The notes: generated by a model from the letters alone, not told the origin. Counted from the first letter of the stretch, positions 50,101 to 64,000 are shown. The stretch: 64,000 nucleotides of DNA from Mizuhopecten yessoensis (GCF_002113885.1 NW_018408465.1:3128060-3192059); one strand, 5' to 3'. Translations and numbers: made by a program.

Positions 50101-51741
50101 TATTTGTTTTGACTTACTTTTACTTTAAGGCCCCAATTAAGAGATACTAACATTGAATAACACGATACTAATACAGGTCCAGTGGGCCTTTTGCTATTTA
50201 GTATATTTAGTAATGCATGATGTCAGGGTGGAGACAGCCCAGGGTACCGGTCAACTTGATAGTGAGGTCTTCTGGCTGCCAGGAAAGGGACATCCGGAGC
50301 CAGATTCGTCAGACGGGATGAAAAAAAGGAGAGAACAAATGCCATTCCCAAAATGATGGACTGATAAAAATGCTGCAGGGCTTGCCACAAATACCCCAAA
50401 CCAGTAGGTCTGCACAACAATATATTATGTCCACCTAATAGAGCTATTCCGCCATATTTGTCCAGAACGAAACACGCATAACTAGAAAATGAGATACAGA
50501 TATGGGTGCGGTGTCTTACGGGAATAACGTAACTCGTGGGTACGGCCTCCTCTGTATACTACATAACTAAATGGGGACAAAGGGAGCTAATTGAGAATAA
50601 AAAGCATAGATAAAATGAACAGGAACGGGAAAGCAGTAGTGTATGTTTATTCATATCTTTAGTCCTGCATAATTGGAGAGTTAGATATGCATAATGAACA
50701 ACTAGTGAATTAGAAGATACATACTTGCACGAAAGAAATTAATGTGACAAAATAATAAAAGTAGAATTGATTCATTGACAATAAATGTGCTGCATATAAA
50801 GTTAATCTATCCTATACATTATGTGGTCTGAAGGTGTGTTCTATCATGGCCACCTACATCAGAATTATAGTACAATAGATGATGCCTCCCTGGTGAAATC
50901 AAGTGTTATTGAAAGCAATACTGAATAAAAGATGTTAATGATTTTTGGACGTTCAAGTATTGGACTTCATACGAGTCCTAGACGATTAGCAATTTTGAAA
51001 AAATCAAATGATATCCATGTTTTTTAACATTCTCAAAATAAAAGTGATGAACTCCTGTTCGTGTTATTTGCGAAATTATGATGATGGGTTGGGGCTCCGT
51101 ACAGTGGTAATTATAAAGGATGGTGCGCCGTACAGTGGTAATTATAAAGGATGGTGCGCCGTACAGTGGTAATTATAAAGGATGGTGCGCCGACGGTTCC
51201 AATTTGGTAGTTTGTGCATTAGCTTTAGCTCAGATTGGTTACATACTGCTATAGAAATGGTCACTGGCAGTGGGCTCTTTATATCTTTGACAAAAAAATA
51301 CCATACTGTCAAAATGTGTGTTCATATATGTTCATTGTTTGTCTTGGGCGTCCATTAGGTATTCAAACGAAACATTGCATTCAGATGTACTGTTGTAATG
51401 TGCATATAAAATATATACAAAGACACTACATTTTTACGATTGCATCCTGAACTTCACAAACTTCCTATAGAATATGCAGGTTAAGGGTAAGAATATATCT
51501 GCTCTGCTATATCCGACTGCATGTCATAAGAGACAAACATGGGGGCTACAGAATCGCGTTTTTCTTTTACTGTGGTCAGTTCAGAGGATACTGAAACGAA
51601 AATTGACCTGCTGCCCTCAAAGCAACACTCATAATATTTGTTTTCTTTCCTCACTGCCCGACCCTTCTTTCGATGGTGTTCTCTCGGCACTCGTCTTCAT
51701 ATTTACTCGGCTTTTGTAAAGATGTTTCACACCAAACAAGT

Positions 51742-52285
51742 CCCTGCAGGTAGGGCGTAAGAACTATACCTGCTGCCCCCATTGCATGATCGTAAGAGGC
51801 GACTTAATTTTGGATCTTATCTTTTCACTTCTTTCTAAACAACCTTCTTCTTACTAATGTCTCCCTTGACAATGCCCTACTTTTAGCCTTTAGTTGAGCG
51901 TTCGCCCCTGTGAGGAAGGCTTTGGGTTCTGTCCCCTGGCCGAGACATACCAGTCTGTAAAAATGGTAGTTTCTACTCCTGCTTAACGCTCAGCAATTTA
52001 GGAGTGGGACGACTGGTTCGCCCGTTGTCAGTATACTATGACCGGGTGGGGTGTCCTTCTGGGTGTCTTCGGCAGTATGCTTCAGTGAGGTAGCACTATA
52101 AAGTCGGCATCAGTTCCGCGCTATCACAATGACACGTACACGAATATATAGCAGCCTCCCAAAACACACACGCATACACTACACGCATGCATCTTCCACA
52201 CAGGGAAGACCGTCCTTAAATGACCATAGCTGTTGATAGGACGTTAAACAATACTAACCCAAACCACCACACCAAACAAACAAAC
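51742..52285 (+). mobile_element. Composite SINE-like element (Meta-like motif, tRNA-like segment, LINE-type tail)
   Basis: gcatgatcgtaagaggcgact motif, tRNA-like agttgagcgttcgcc..gggttctgtcccc, tail gtccttaaatgaccatagctgttgataggacgttaaac shared with the 24912-25132 SINE, (aaac)n end. Confidence 0.6.
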
Positions 52286-54689
52286 ATTACATAACTGTGT
52301 AGGGTTATTGGAAGGATGATACATTTTCTCCAGATTTCGAACATCAACAGACAGATTAAAATCCTTACGACAGTTGACGTGTTGATATAAACATTGATTC
52401 TCTCCACTATTTAATGTTGAACGACTACAAGTCACAGTCCTCATTCAATCGTTGTCTCAATTGACCCTTCATTTCACGAACATAAGTAAAACCTGGAATT
52501 GAACGTCTGGTATAATCTTGTAAGTCATGTCAGTAACAAGTAATCTTGAAGTCTTAAATTTCTGATAAACATTTCTGAAATGCTGCCACAGTATGAAGTG
52601 TCTAAAAGGTGAACCACATCGCTTAGATCAGTTTGACAGGGTTTCATACCTACAAAGGAGTCTTAATCTTTAAAGGAAAAAAATACCTTCAGAACTTTGG
52701 GCATGATACTTCTAAATTTAAAATGTAAAAATATCAACATATTTCATCTAGCAAGTTTTGCAGACTTCAAAACTCAAGAAAATATGTTTGAAAAAGTTAT
52801 AAGCATCGATTTGAATTTGTAATTGTATTTCATTAAACCATCTAGCTGGGTTTTTTCTAAGAAAACCAGTGACAACCTTGTTTTGAAAAGTTACCTGGCG
52901 TCCATGTTGCAGAAGATGAATATAGATGTTAATTTAGATTTAAAACGAGATTAACCAGGAATTCTAATATTGCATCATCGAACAAGGCCATGTTAGCAAG
53001 AAAACCCCAAAAGAGAGGGTCACCATTGGATACGGTCGGTCAGGGTGTACGTTAATAATACAGCGTCACCTCTTTCTGCCAATCAAACGGTGTTATACTC
53101 ACTAACATCTGGAACAAAAGAAAAACGAACGGGAGCTAATTTTAAATACTGGATGTTGAGAATGTACCATCTTTATTTACTGCTGATTTTGACACAATCG
53201 AAATAAGTTGATCCTTTTAATTATACCATGACCAAAATTTCAAATATTTCAAGCTAAGACACAGTTTTAGGCCTTTTTTTTCTTTCTTTAGCTTCATAAC
53301 CAATTAAAATTCTTGAAAAAGTTCAAAATAGGCGTTTAAGGTTTGTAAGTTAGCACTATATTTTGATTCCAGAGTTTCAAAGGTACCAACTAAAGCGTTT
53401 GTTTTTATCTAAAACATCAATATGAATATATGTCCGTGAAATGGTTTTTGTAGCATTATGCTGTCTCAGTGAGATAAACATATTTCGTCAGCTTAATATA
53501 ATACTAGGATACGTTCCTTAAGTACAGATTTACATTCCAAATATTTTCAAGTCAGAAAAAAATGTAACGTAAAATAATCAAACGAGAATCATTAGAATCG
53601 ATTTAGAATGGACCAAAGGAAATATTACATCTGGAGTAAATCATTTAATTGTTATATTTCTGTCTTGAACAAAACCCATGTGAGCACTACAGACAATTTA
53701 CCAAATGATCATAATATGTTACTCTAGTAATGTAATTGTTATTTTCATAATACTAAGTGGTGTGTGTGTTTAGATGGATTTCCTTATTGGATAATCTGTA
53801 CAAAATGGAATGTGAAATAATTTGGGTGAAGCAATATTGCATCCTGTTACATCATAACTAGTGACTACTCTCAGTGAGATTTTTTTTATTTCCATTTGGG
53901 AAGAAACAGGCCATGAAGGACGTTGGGTGAAGATAACGTAACCATGTAATCAATCATAGCAACGGAAAGAGAAGTAACCCAGCAACAGTCATCACTCTGT
54001 ATCACAAAAAAAGATGCCGCCTTTACTGCTTAGAAAGTGATTTGTCTCCCTTTGGTACCTACGTGTGGATTATTTGAGCGACAACTGTGCAATCATATCT
54101 TGCAATCTGAGAAAGCAAGGAATACTTTATTCTGTTGACTACAACATATCCTACCAAGCCTGTGGGTGATGTACGTAAGTGTACAATATTCTGACAATGA
54201 CGTCAGATGTAGCGGCAGTAACCATCAATTGATGAACTTCAGTTTATGAACTGACTGCGGTCGTATAATCTGCAATCATTGTAAATTTCATGTTTTTAGT
54301 GGGTTTTTTTTGGAATTTTGCCTTTAGGTTAAGTATAATGCCAATTTCTAAACTGCAGCGTTTTGTCCAAATGAGCACTTGATTAAAGTTGAAGTAAAAT
54401 TACAGTATTTGAATTGCTGAGTTACAAAACTTTTATTTCCCCCCCATAAATTCCTCATCGAAAAGATGTAAGAAAGGAAGCAGTGAAAATAAGAATGCAA
54501 CATTTTTTTCATAAAAATATAATCGATTTAAAAAATAAAATTATTTGTACATCGATTAATTTATTTACATTCCACAAACCGTAAGTCCAAGAAAAGAATT
54601 GATAACAACATGTGTGATAAATTATAGTTAAATGATATAACAACAACAACATTTCCAAATGTTTAATAAAAGTGGGCTAATAAGGATAC

Positions 54690-55590
54690 CAAACTCTACT
54701 CCCTTCACTTGTCGATAACACTAACTATAATCTTCGAAACGTTGAAAACTACAACCTACCTAACAACAGACTTGAATTATCTTACGTATCCTTTTTCCCT
54801 TCTACTGTTAGACTGTGGAACCAGTTACCTACTAGTATACGACGTAGTGCCACGTTCTCATCATTTAGAAACGCCATTCAAGACGTAAACTTGCCGCTTG
54901 TACCAAACCCCTTTTCCTGTGGTTAGGAAAAATAATATTTTGCATACAAAATTAAGAAACCGTTCTAGTACTTTGAAAAGTGACCTGTTTCGTGTTAACC
55001 TCATTGATTACCAACGTTGTATATGTGGCTTCCCTATTGAAGACACACACCATTTCTTTTTTACCTGTGATATATATAACGAACAAAGAATTAAGCTTTA
55101 TCGTGAACTGAATGAATACATGCCTCTTAATTTAAATCTACTTTTATTTGGAGATACATCTCTTTCGGAACAGGAAAACATAACGATATTCATGCATATT
55201 CAGCAATACATTCGTGACTCTAACAGATTCTAGTACCCCGCCCCCCTTGTCCCCTCTCTCTCCCTCTCTCTCTCAATTGAACCATAATATCCACTCTCTC
55301 TAAGAGGCAAATACTATATGTCATACATTAATAATGATGAGGATGTATGTATTATAATTACAGACTATTATCCCCCCCTCTCTCTTCCCCCTCCCATCTT
55401 TTCTCTCTCTGTCTCTCTCTTATAATTTCAATTTATAATTAAAGCATTTAAAAATTAAATAGTGTATATATGTATATTAATTCTGCCATCTTGTTGTAAT
55501 ATTGTAAATATATGCTTGTAATTTGCTAGGAAAGGGCTTAATATAAGTTTGATAACTTGTGCCCAATCCATTTGCTTGGCTAAACTAAAC
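54690..55590 (+). mobile_element. 5'-truncated CR1-like LINE remnant (ORF2 C-terminus with frameshift, plus 3' UTR)
   Basis: NYNLRN...SFFPSTVRLWNQLP..., frameshift near 54920, then NILHTKLR..S.LKSDLFRVNLI...CICG..IEDTHHFFFTC..Y...R...LLFG...LS...N..IF..IQQYIRDSNRF (stop 55233). Confidence 0.8.
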
Positions 55591-55958
55591 CAAATTGTGC
55601 CATTGTAATGTACAAAGTTCTTAAAACTGTACTACAATGTTTGCATAAACGTTTTAAAACCCATTACTTTTACAACTTTTACATAGTTTTTAACATGTCT
55701 TTCTCTACATGAACATTAAACCTTAAACCTGAGGTTAACCACTGCATACTTTCAGAAACATAAGAAGTTTCTGATTTTAACTATTGTTACTACAAAAAGA
55801 TTATCATTTTCATGTATACATTTTATATAATTTATCGCTTCAGAAAAATGTTTCCATATTACGTTTTGTTCATAAAATGAGGTTGTTTACGCATTTCCCC
55901 CGTTGTTTAGACAGTAGCTTTGGTACCAATGTGAATGTCCATCGTTTCGGCCCCTAGC

Positions 55959-55998
55959 ACCACTGATGAGTCCTAGAAGGACAAAACAGCTGTATGGT
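55959..55998 (+). ncRNA. Minimal type I hammerhead ribozyme motif with G12A core substitution (probably inactive)
   Basis: ACCA-CUGAUGA-GUCC-uagaa-GGAC-(A)AAA-CAG/CUG-UA-UGGU: stem I ACCA/UGGU, stem II GUCC/GGAC, palindromic stem III ACAGCUGU. Confidence 0.65.
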
Positions 55999-57254
55999 AA
56001 AATATGATCCGCTGTTAACATACTGTATCGTGCACTGACATGTTTGTGTCCTCTGTTCCTCTTTTACCTAAAAATAATATATTTCACGAGACAAAGTCAA
56101 ACACTCCTGGATTCATGGATTAGTCTTCCTTTGCTTTGCAAGTTAATTGCTTTGTGTCGTAGATAGGTTCGTTTCTCGAAAACGTAATTTCCATATCTTG
56201 AAGGAGACTTTCCTGTGTTTCAAAAATATAATTAATTCAACAAGAAACCGCCTGATCCAGGACTTTTCTTGTCATTCAATTTAATTGGAGTTTTTTCTAG
56301 TTCGTTTATATTAAATTGTTCCTCTTAAGCTTTAAACTGAAGGTATGTTGTTTTGTTTTCGATGTGTCTTTGCTGAACCGATTAGAAAATATTTTATTTC
56401 AGATTTGATATACCATCATTATATATCTAATCTCTTCAACATGTTATCCAAATTGCAGATCAGGGGTACACAATCATAACATGCGAGCCTTCCGTTATAT
56501 TCATTTCGGTCTGAACAAAATCTAATACAAAGATAACAATAGAATTGTATTGAATTTTTGGCGAACGTGTCAGTGTAATATTTTCTACGCACACGACCTG
56601 CTGCAGGATATTAGACTACTGTGTTCCATATCTGTACATTAAAGGCTTGGGTCGGGCAACCTAATCTATAATGATAGGATAGGGTGATTAGCAGATAGGA
56701 TCAGTACTGTATGGGTTCTGGTGAAGTACAGACGCTGTGACATTGACTCGGCGTCCCCCATACATATACTAAAGAACTCAGAGCATGGGCCTAGGCTCCC
56801 CAAACATCTATTTACATATTATACAAACTATGTGTAAATAAGAGATACAAATTCTTAACGGTCACTCTATTTCCACCAAGGTATAGATTAATGGTAAGTT
56901 TTTAAGTTTGCTGTAATTTGTTTACCAGCGTTGCACAGATTAGATCTTAACAGTGTCATAAACACAGACGACATCCATATAGCCTATTTAATCAATCGAT
57001 TAAGTAGTTACAGCTTCCACTTCCTGTTTACAATGGAATCACGGTTATCCGGATTCTGGCAAGATTTAATACTAGCACTCCCCAAATGGTTATATAAAGT
57101 AACAAGCACTTCTTTATATCTTCAAGCTAGTAGGGACAACATGAGGCGGTAACGTACATAATGATGTATTTTAACCGTGGTATCTCCATACTGGCTTGAA
57201 TATTTCAAAAATATATCGTTCAATACCTATATTCAAATTCTGAGTTGATAGTAC

Positions 57255-57530
57255 GGAAGCACGGTAGTCCAGTACTCCGCTTGTTCCAGTCTACTCAGCC
57301 GTTAATGAGTACGTGGTTGGGCAGTGCTAGAATTGTAGAATGCTAGCTGTGAACGCCTAAATGGCAGCACCGACTGTATGCTCCCCAGGGAGTTGAGAAA
57401 GATATTGGCTGGTTGCAAAGGCCCTTTAACCACGGATAATAATTTGTGAACCGCTTTGAGACGACCTACGAACTAGGTTGTGATAAAGCGGTATATAAAA
57501 ACATCGAATTATTGTTATTATTAGTTATAA
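57255..57530 (+). mobile_element. CORE-like SINE copy with internally deleted head
   Basis: Reverse-complement match to about 43905-44135; head reduced to ggaagcacggtagtccagt; (tta)n-like tail. Confidence 0.75.
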
Positions 57531-57704
57531 ATAATTATAATCTGAATGGACTTTATTTGATGATACCATGTATATTTCATTGCCCTATCTGTCATGTAAA
57601 ACATACAATCAAACCTTGTTACATATCAAACTATACCATCTGACCTGTAACAGAGACATTGTAGCACGCTGAACTGCTTAAACGTTAAAGATCAAATGGT
57701 ACCG

Positions 57705-59232
57705 TATGGTGACCGTGTTACGAGGTCTAAGGACACAGACTAAATGGTGGCCGTGTTACAAGGTCTAAGGACACAGACTAAATAGTGGCCGTGTTACAAG
57801 GTCTAAGGACACAGACTAAATGGTGGCCGTGTTACGAGGTCTAAGGACACAGACTAAATAGTGCCCGTGTTACGAGGTCTAAGGACACAGACTAAATAGT
57901 GACCGTGTTACGAGGTCTAAGGACACAGACTAAATAGTGGCCATGTTACGAGATCTAAGGACACAGACTAAATAGTGGCCGTGTTACAAGGTCTAAGGAC
58001 ACAGACTAAATAGTGGCCGTGTTACGAGGTCTAAGGACACAGACTAAATAGTGACCGTGTTACGAGATCTAAGGACACAGACTGAATGGTGGCCATGTTA
58101 CCAGGTCTAAGGACACAGACTAAATATTGGCCGTGTTACGAAGTCTAAGGACACATACTAAATAGTGGCCGTGTTACGAGGTCTAAGGACACAGACTAAA
58201 TAGTGGCCGTGTTACAAGGTCTAAGGACACAGACTAAATAGTGGCCGTGTTACAAGGTCTAAGGATACAGACTAAATAGTGGCCGTGTTACGAGGTCTAA
58301 GGACACAGACTAAATGGTGGCCGTGTTACGAGGTCTAAGGACACAGACTAAATGGCGGCCGTGTTACGAGATCTAAGGACACAGACTGAATGGTGGCCAT
58401 GTTACGAGGTCTAAGGACACAGACTAAATAGTGGCCGTGTTACGAGATCTAAGGACACAGACTAAATGGTGGCCGTGTTACGAGGTCTAAGGACACAGAC
58501 TAAATGGCGGCCGTGTTACGAGATCTAAGGACACAGACTGAATGGTGGCCATGTTACGAGGTCTAAGGACACAGACTAAATATTGGCCGTGTTACGAAGT
58601 CTAAGGACACATACTAAATAGTGGCTGTGTTACGAGGTCTAAGGACACAGACTAAATGGTGGCCGTGTTACAAGGTCTTAGGACACAGACCGAATTGTAC
58701 AAGGTCTAAGGGCACAGACCAAATGATGACAGAATTAGGAGGTCTTAGGACACATGACAAATAGTGGCCGTGTTACGAGGACCTAGGGCACATCCACATT
58801 TTTGTCGTGTTACGAGGACTAAGGACACAGAACAAATGCTTGCCGTGTTACTGGGACTGAGGACGCAGACCAAATGTTTTCCGTGTTACAAGGTCTCAGG
58901 ATATAGACCAAATGCTTGCCGTGTTACGAGGACTAAGGGCACATGACAAATGGTGGCCGTGCTACGGGGACTAAGGACACATGACAAATGGTGGCTGTGT
59001 TACGGGGACTAAGTACACATGACAAATGGTGGCCGTGCTACGGGGACTAACGACACAGACCAAATGTTTGCCGTGTTACGGGGACTAAGGACACATGACA
59101 AATGGTGGCCGTGCTACTGGGACTAACGACACAGACCAAATGTTTGCCGTGTTACGGGGACTAAGGACACATGACAAATGGTGGCCGTGTTACGAAGTCT
59201 AATGACACAGACTAAATGGTGGCCGTGTTACA
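57705..59232. repeat. Minisatellite, 38-bp unit
   Basis: ccgtgttacgaggtctaaggacacagactaaatagtgg repeated about 40 times, more diverged toward the 3' end. Confidence 0.95.
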
Positions 59233-60369
59233 AGTTAAAATGTACATTACATGCCAACTAATGACGAAAATCACGTTATGAATTAATACAAGATACTGCT
59301 ATAAAAGCTCAGTGGTATTGATGGGCTCGTCTCTGTGTATTGTCCGTCCACAATTAGCTTTCGTATAATGTCGAATATGAAGAAAAAGTTGAAAACTACC
59401 TCGCGTATGTATCTCAAACATGGTTATGTAGACGTTTGTCATCCAGTTGCAATGAACAGAATCGGAGTGAAGCGATAAAGGAGAAAAAAATAGCCTAACG
59501 TGAGGGGTGTAATGCAAACAAACACCTCAATCACCGACTATACCGCGCATTGACAGAGAGGTGAACGTGATTAGGCGCTCCTAAGTTATAGGGTTTAATC
59601 CCGAGGGGAGCCGAACAAGAGTGGCAGCACGTAACAGCCCATTGGTAGATTTTATACTAATGTTGGCGTATAGAGAGACAGCCGTCATATAGAAATGGTC
59701 ACAAAGGCTTAATAGCGTGGCTCAATGCAGCAGGCTAATTGTGTATCCCTCCCGAGACCATTCATCATTTCAAATCTCTTTGATTCGAGATTTTGAATGG
59801 TGAGATAACGAGATTTAATCCAATAGGTAGTGTGTATCTTTGACCTACAAAATAAGGTACGAGCGTGCTTACATTGAATTCGGAAATGACGTCGACAAAT
59901 GGCTGTCCTTTTACAGCTTCCGACAGTAATACAGAGCTTTTTGGCTCGTTCATGAACAGAAATGACCAGATATGTATGAATGTCCATTGATTATCACAAT
60001 AAAATCACCAAAAATATCAAACTGTTATGTCTGACCATACACGTACGCTAATAAACAACATTTCGTCCATGATGTTCCTATATATATTTATTTGCTACCG
60101 ACGTTAAGTGATCGGCATGTCCTGTTTTCTATACCTCTTGGGGAATCTGAATATGAAAGATTAATTTCCGTGTTAGAACTAATTGCAGACTGCTTTTATT
60201 GGTCAACGTTATATCGTCGCCCGGTCGAACATTTGTAGGCGTGCGTCCCATTACGAGGACATTACTCCACGCCATGTGTTGGTCAAGTGTAATAATATCC
60301 TTTCAGTATTTTAATCGAATGCAATATTACCAGAAATATCTGCTGTTTACTTGGTATCACATGTATCAA

Positions 60370-62100
60370 TGTAAAAACACTCCCTTTACGCCCCACAGGT
60401 TGTAATGCAAAAACACTCCCTGTAGGCCCCACATGTTTTAACGTTAAAACACTCCCTGTAGGCCCCACGTGTTTTAACGTTAAAACACTCGATCTAGGAA
60501 CCAACAGTTTTAATATAAAAACACTCCCTGTACGCCCCACAGGTTTTAATGCAAAAACACTCCCTGTACGCTCCACATGTTTTAATGTAAAACACTCCCT
60601 GTAGGCACTAAAAGTGTAAATGAAAAACACTCCTTGTACGCTCCACAGGTTTTAATGTAAAACACCCCTTGTAGGCACTAAAAGTTTAAATGGAAAACAC
60701 TCCCTGTAGGCCTCACAGGGTTTAACAATAAAACACTCCCTGTAGGCCCCACGTGTTTTAACGTTAAAACACTCGATGTAGGAACCAACAGTTTTAATAT
60801 AAAAACACTCCCTGTACGCCCCACAGGTTTTAATGCAAAAACACTCCCTGTAGGCACTAAAAGTGTAAATGAAAAACACTCCTTGTACGCTCCACAGGTT
60901 TAGATGCAAAAACACTCCCTGTAGGCACTAAAAGTGTAAATGAAAAACACTCCTTGTACGCTCCACAGGTTTTAATGTAAAACACCCCTTGTAGGCACTA
61001 AAAGTTTAAATGGAAAACACTCCCTGTAGGCCTCACAGGGTTTAACAATAAAACACTCCCTGTAGGCCCCACGTGTTTTAACGTTAAAACACTCGATGTA
61101 GGAACCAGCAGTTTTAATATAAAAAAACACTCACTGTACGCCCCACAGGTTTTAATGCAAAAACACTCCCTGTACGCTCCACATGTTTTAAAGTAAAAAC
61201 ACTCCCTGTACGCCCCACAGGTTGTAATGCAAAAACACTCCCTGTAGGCCCCACATGTTTTAACGTTAAAACACTCCCTGTAGGCCCCATGTGTTTTAAC
61301 GTTAAAACACTCGATGTAGGAACCAACAGTTTTAATATAAAAACACTCCCTGTACGCCCCACAGGTTTTAATGCAAAAACACTCCCTGTACGCTCCACAT
61401 GGTTTAATGTAAAACACTCCCTGTAGGCACTAAAAGTGTAAATGAAAAACACTCCTTGTACGCTCCACAGGTTTTAATGTAAAACACCCCTTGTAGGCAC
61501 TAAAAGTTTAAATGGAAAACACTCCCTGTAGGCCCCACAGGGTTTAACAATAAAACACTCCCTGTAGGCCCCACGTGTTTTAACGTTAAAACACTCGATG
61601 TAGGAACCAGCAGTTTTAATATAAAAAAAACACTTCCTGTACGCCCCACAGGTTTTAATGTAAAAACACCCCCTGTACGCTCCACATGTTTTAAAGTAAA
61701 AACACTCCCTGTAGGCCCCACGTGTTTTAACGTTAAAACACTCGATGTAGGAACCAACAGTTTTAATATAAAAACACTCCCTGTACGCCCCACAGGTTTT
61801 AATGCAAAAACACTCCCTGTACGCTCCACATGTTTTAATGTAAAACACTCCCTGTAGGCACTAAAAGTTTAAATGAAAAACACTCCTTGTACGCTCCACA
61901 GGTTTTAATGTTAAACACCCCTTGTAGGCACTAAAAGTTTAAATGGAAAACACTCCCTGTAGGCCTCACAGGGTTTAACAATAAAACGCCCCCTGTAGGT
62001 CCCACAGGGTTTAACGTTAAAACGCTCCTTGTAGGCTCCACAGGTTTTAATGTACAAACACTCCATATATGCTCTACAGATTTTAATGTAAAAACACTAC
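60370..62100. repeat. Minisatellite, about 35-36-bp unit with higher-order structure
   Basis: aaaacactccctgtaggccccacaggttttaatgt variants recurring in ordered blocks. Confidence 0.95.
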
Positions 62101-63830
62101 CTATATAACTGGTCAGTGGTAAAGATCACCCAACCTCCCCATCCCAGTATAGTCGTACAGTATATATAACTGTTCAGTGGTAAAGACTCCTCGCCCTAAT
62201 CCTCCCAGTATAGTCGTACAGTATATATAACTGTTCAGTGGTAAAGACTCCTCGCCCTACTCCTCCCAGTATAGTCGTACAGTATATATAACTGTTCAGT
62301 GGTAAAGACTCCTCGCCCTACTCCTCCCAGTATAGTCGTACAGTATATATAACTGTTCAGTGGTAAAGACTCCTCGCCCTACTCCTCCCAGTATAGTCGT
62401 ACAGTATATATAACTGTTCAGTGGTAAAGACTCCTCGCCCTACTCCTCCCAGTATAGTCGTACAGTATATATAACTGCTCAGTGGTAAAGACTCCTCGCC
62501 CTACTCCTCCCAGTATAGTCGTACAGTATATATAACTGCTCAGTGGTAAAGACTCCTCGCCCTACTCCTCCCAGTATAGTCGTACAGTATATATAACTGC
62601 TCAGTGGTAAAGACTCCTCGCCCTACTCCTCCCAGTATAGTCGTACAGTATATATAACTGCTCAGTGGTAAAGACTCCTCGCCCTACTCCTCCCAGTATA
62701 GTCGTACAGTATATATAACTGCTCAGTGGTAAAGACTCCTCGCCCTACTCCTCCCAGTATAGTCGTACAGTATATATAACTGCTCAGTGGTAAAGACTCC
62801 TCGCCCTACTCCTCCCAGTATAGTCGTACAGTATATATAACTGCTCAGTGGTAAAGACTCCTCGCCCTACTCCTCCCAGTATAGTCGTACAGTATATATA
62901 ACTGCTCAGTGGTAAAGACTCCTCGCCCTACTCCTCCCAGTATAGTCGTACAGTATATATAACTGCTCAGTGGTAAAGACTCCTCGCCCTACTCCTCCCA
63001 GTATAGTCGTACAGTATATATAACTGCTCAGTGGTAAAGACTCCTCGCCCTACTCCTCCCAGTATAGTCGTACAGTATATATAACTGCTCAGTGGTAAAG
63101 ACTCCTCGCCCTACTCCTCCCAGTATAGTCGTACAGTATATATAACTGCTCAGTGGTAAAGACTCCTCGCCCTACTCCTCCCAGTATAGTCGTACAGTAT
63201 ATATAACTGCTCAGTGGTAAAGACTCCTCGCCCTACTCCTCCCAGTATAGTCGTACAGTATATATAACTGCTCAGTGGTAAAGACTCCTCGCCCTACTCC
63301 TCCCAGTATAGTCGTACAGTATATATAACTGCTCAGTGGTAAAGACTCCTCGCCCTACTCCTCCCAGTATAGTCGTACAGTATATATAACTGCTCAGTGG
63401 TAAAGACTCCTCGCCCTACTCCTCCCAGTATAGTCGTACAGTATATATAACTGCTCAGTGGTAAAGACTCCTCGCCCTACTCCTCCCAGTATAGTCGTAC
63501 AGTATATATAACTGCTCAGTGGTAAAGACTCCTCGCCCTACTCCTCCCAGTATAGTCGTACAGTATATATAACTGCTCAGTGGTAAAGACTCCTCGCCCT
63601 ACTCCTCCCAGTATAGTCGTACAGTATATATAAATTCTCAGTGGTAAAGACTCCTCGCCCTACTCCTCCCAGTATAGTCGTACAGTATATATAAATTCTC
63701 AGTGGTAAAGACTCCTCGCCCTACTCCTCCCAGTATAGTCGTACAGTATATATAACTGTTCAGTGTTAAAGATCCCTCGCCCAACTCATCCAAGTTTAGA
63801 CGTACAGTAAATATAACTACTCAATGTTAA
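62101..63830. repeat. Highly homogeneous satellite, 61-bp unit, about 28 copies
   Basis: tatatataactgctcagtggtaaagactcctcgccctactcctcccagtatagtcgtacag; nearly identical copies. Confidence 0.95.
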
Positions 63831-64000
63831 AAATTCCGTGCTCTAATCTACTCTGAGTTTAGACGTACGGTATTAGTAACAATTGAATAACATGAACCCG
63901 CCATTTAATGAAGTTATCCTAAAATCTGCAGTATACCGATACAAAGATAATATCCGGCGATATACTTTGATGTATAGACCATCCAAATGGTTAATGTCTA

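Noticed and set aside
50220-50360. GC-richer segment as a possible exon
   Set aside because: No recognisable protein motif or convincing splice-site pair in any frame examined.
54898-55233. Sixteenth zinc-finger cassette or host gene
   Set aside because: The Cys/His motif and upstream SFFPSTVRLWN segment are LINE ORF2 C-terminal features, with a frameshift.
60283-61848. Cys-rich repeat ORFs on the minus strand (YRECFYIKTCGA)n
   Set aside because: Translation of a 36-bp minisatellite, open in several frames and broken by frameshifts.
57705-63830. CRISPR-like array
   Set aside because: Units are contiguous with no unique spacers, the context is eukaryotic, and there are no cas genes.

Overview
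AT-rich, intron- and repeat-rich animal genomic DNA. A bivalve mollusc is likely, inferred from the HINE/Helentron-type elements, SINE families and CR1-type LINE; the species cannot be determined from the sequence. The main feature is an array of 15 short + strand coding cassettes between 1 and 43.2 kb. Thirteen encode a piggyBac-transposase-type C-terminal cysteine-rich zinc domain: twelve follow H..C-x2-C-x18-C-x2-C-x4-C-x5-12-CF-x2-[YF]H with a T[KRQ][SA]GW motif, and one is a shorter variant. The last two encode paired C2H2/C2HC fingers. All 14 cassettes whose 5' edge is visible start at a pyrimidine-rich YAG acceptor in the same phase (phase 1) and end in their own stop codon, and four have no usable ATG. 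The best reading is the 3' part of one gene with a large set of mutually exclusive alternative terminal exons spliced (cis or trans) to constant exons upstream of the window. This would be a lola/mod(mdg4)-like DNA-binding-domain diversification locus built from a domesticated piggyBac domain. The rest of the window holds minisatellites and satellites, HINE elements, TTAA-flanked MITEs, tRNA-derived SINEs, a CR1-like LINE 3' fragment, a degenerate minimal hammerhead ribozyme and a possible TATA promoter near 46.0 kb.
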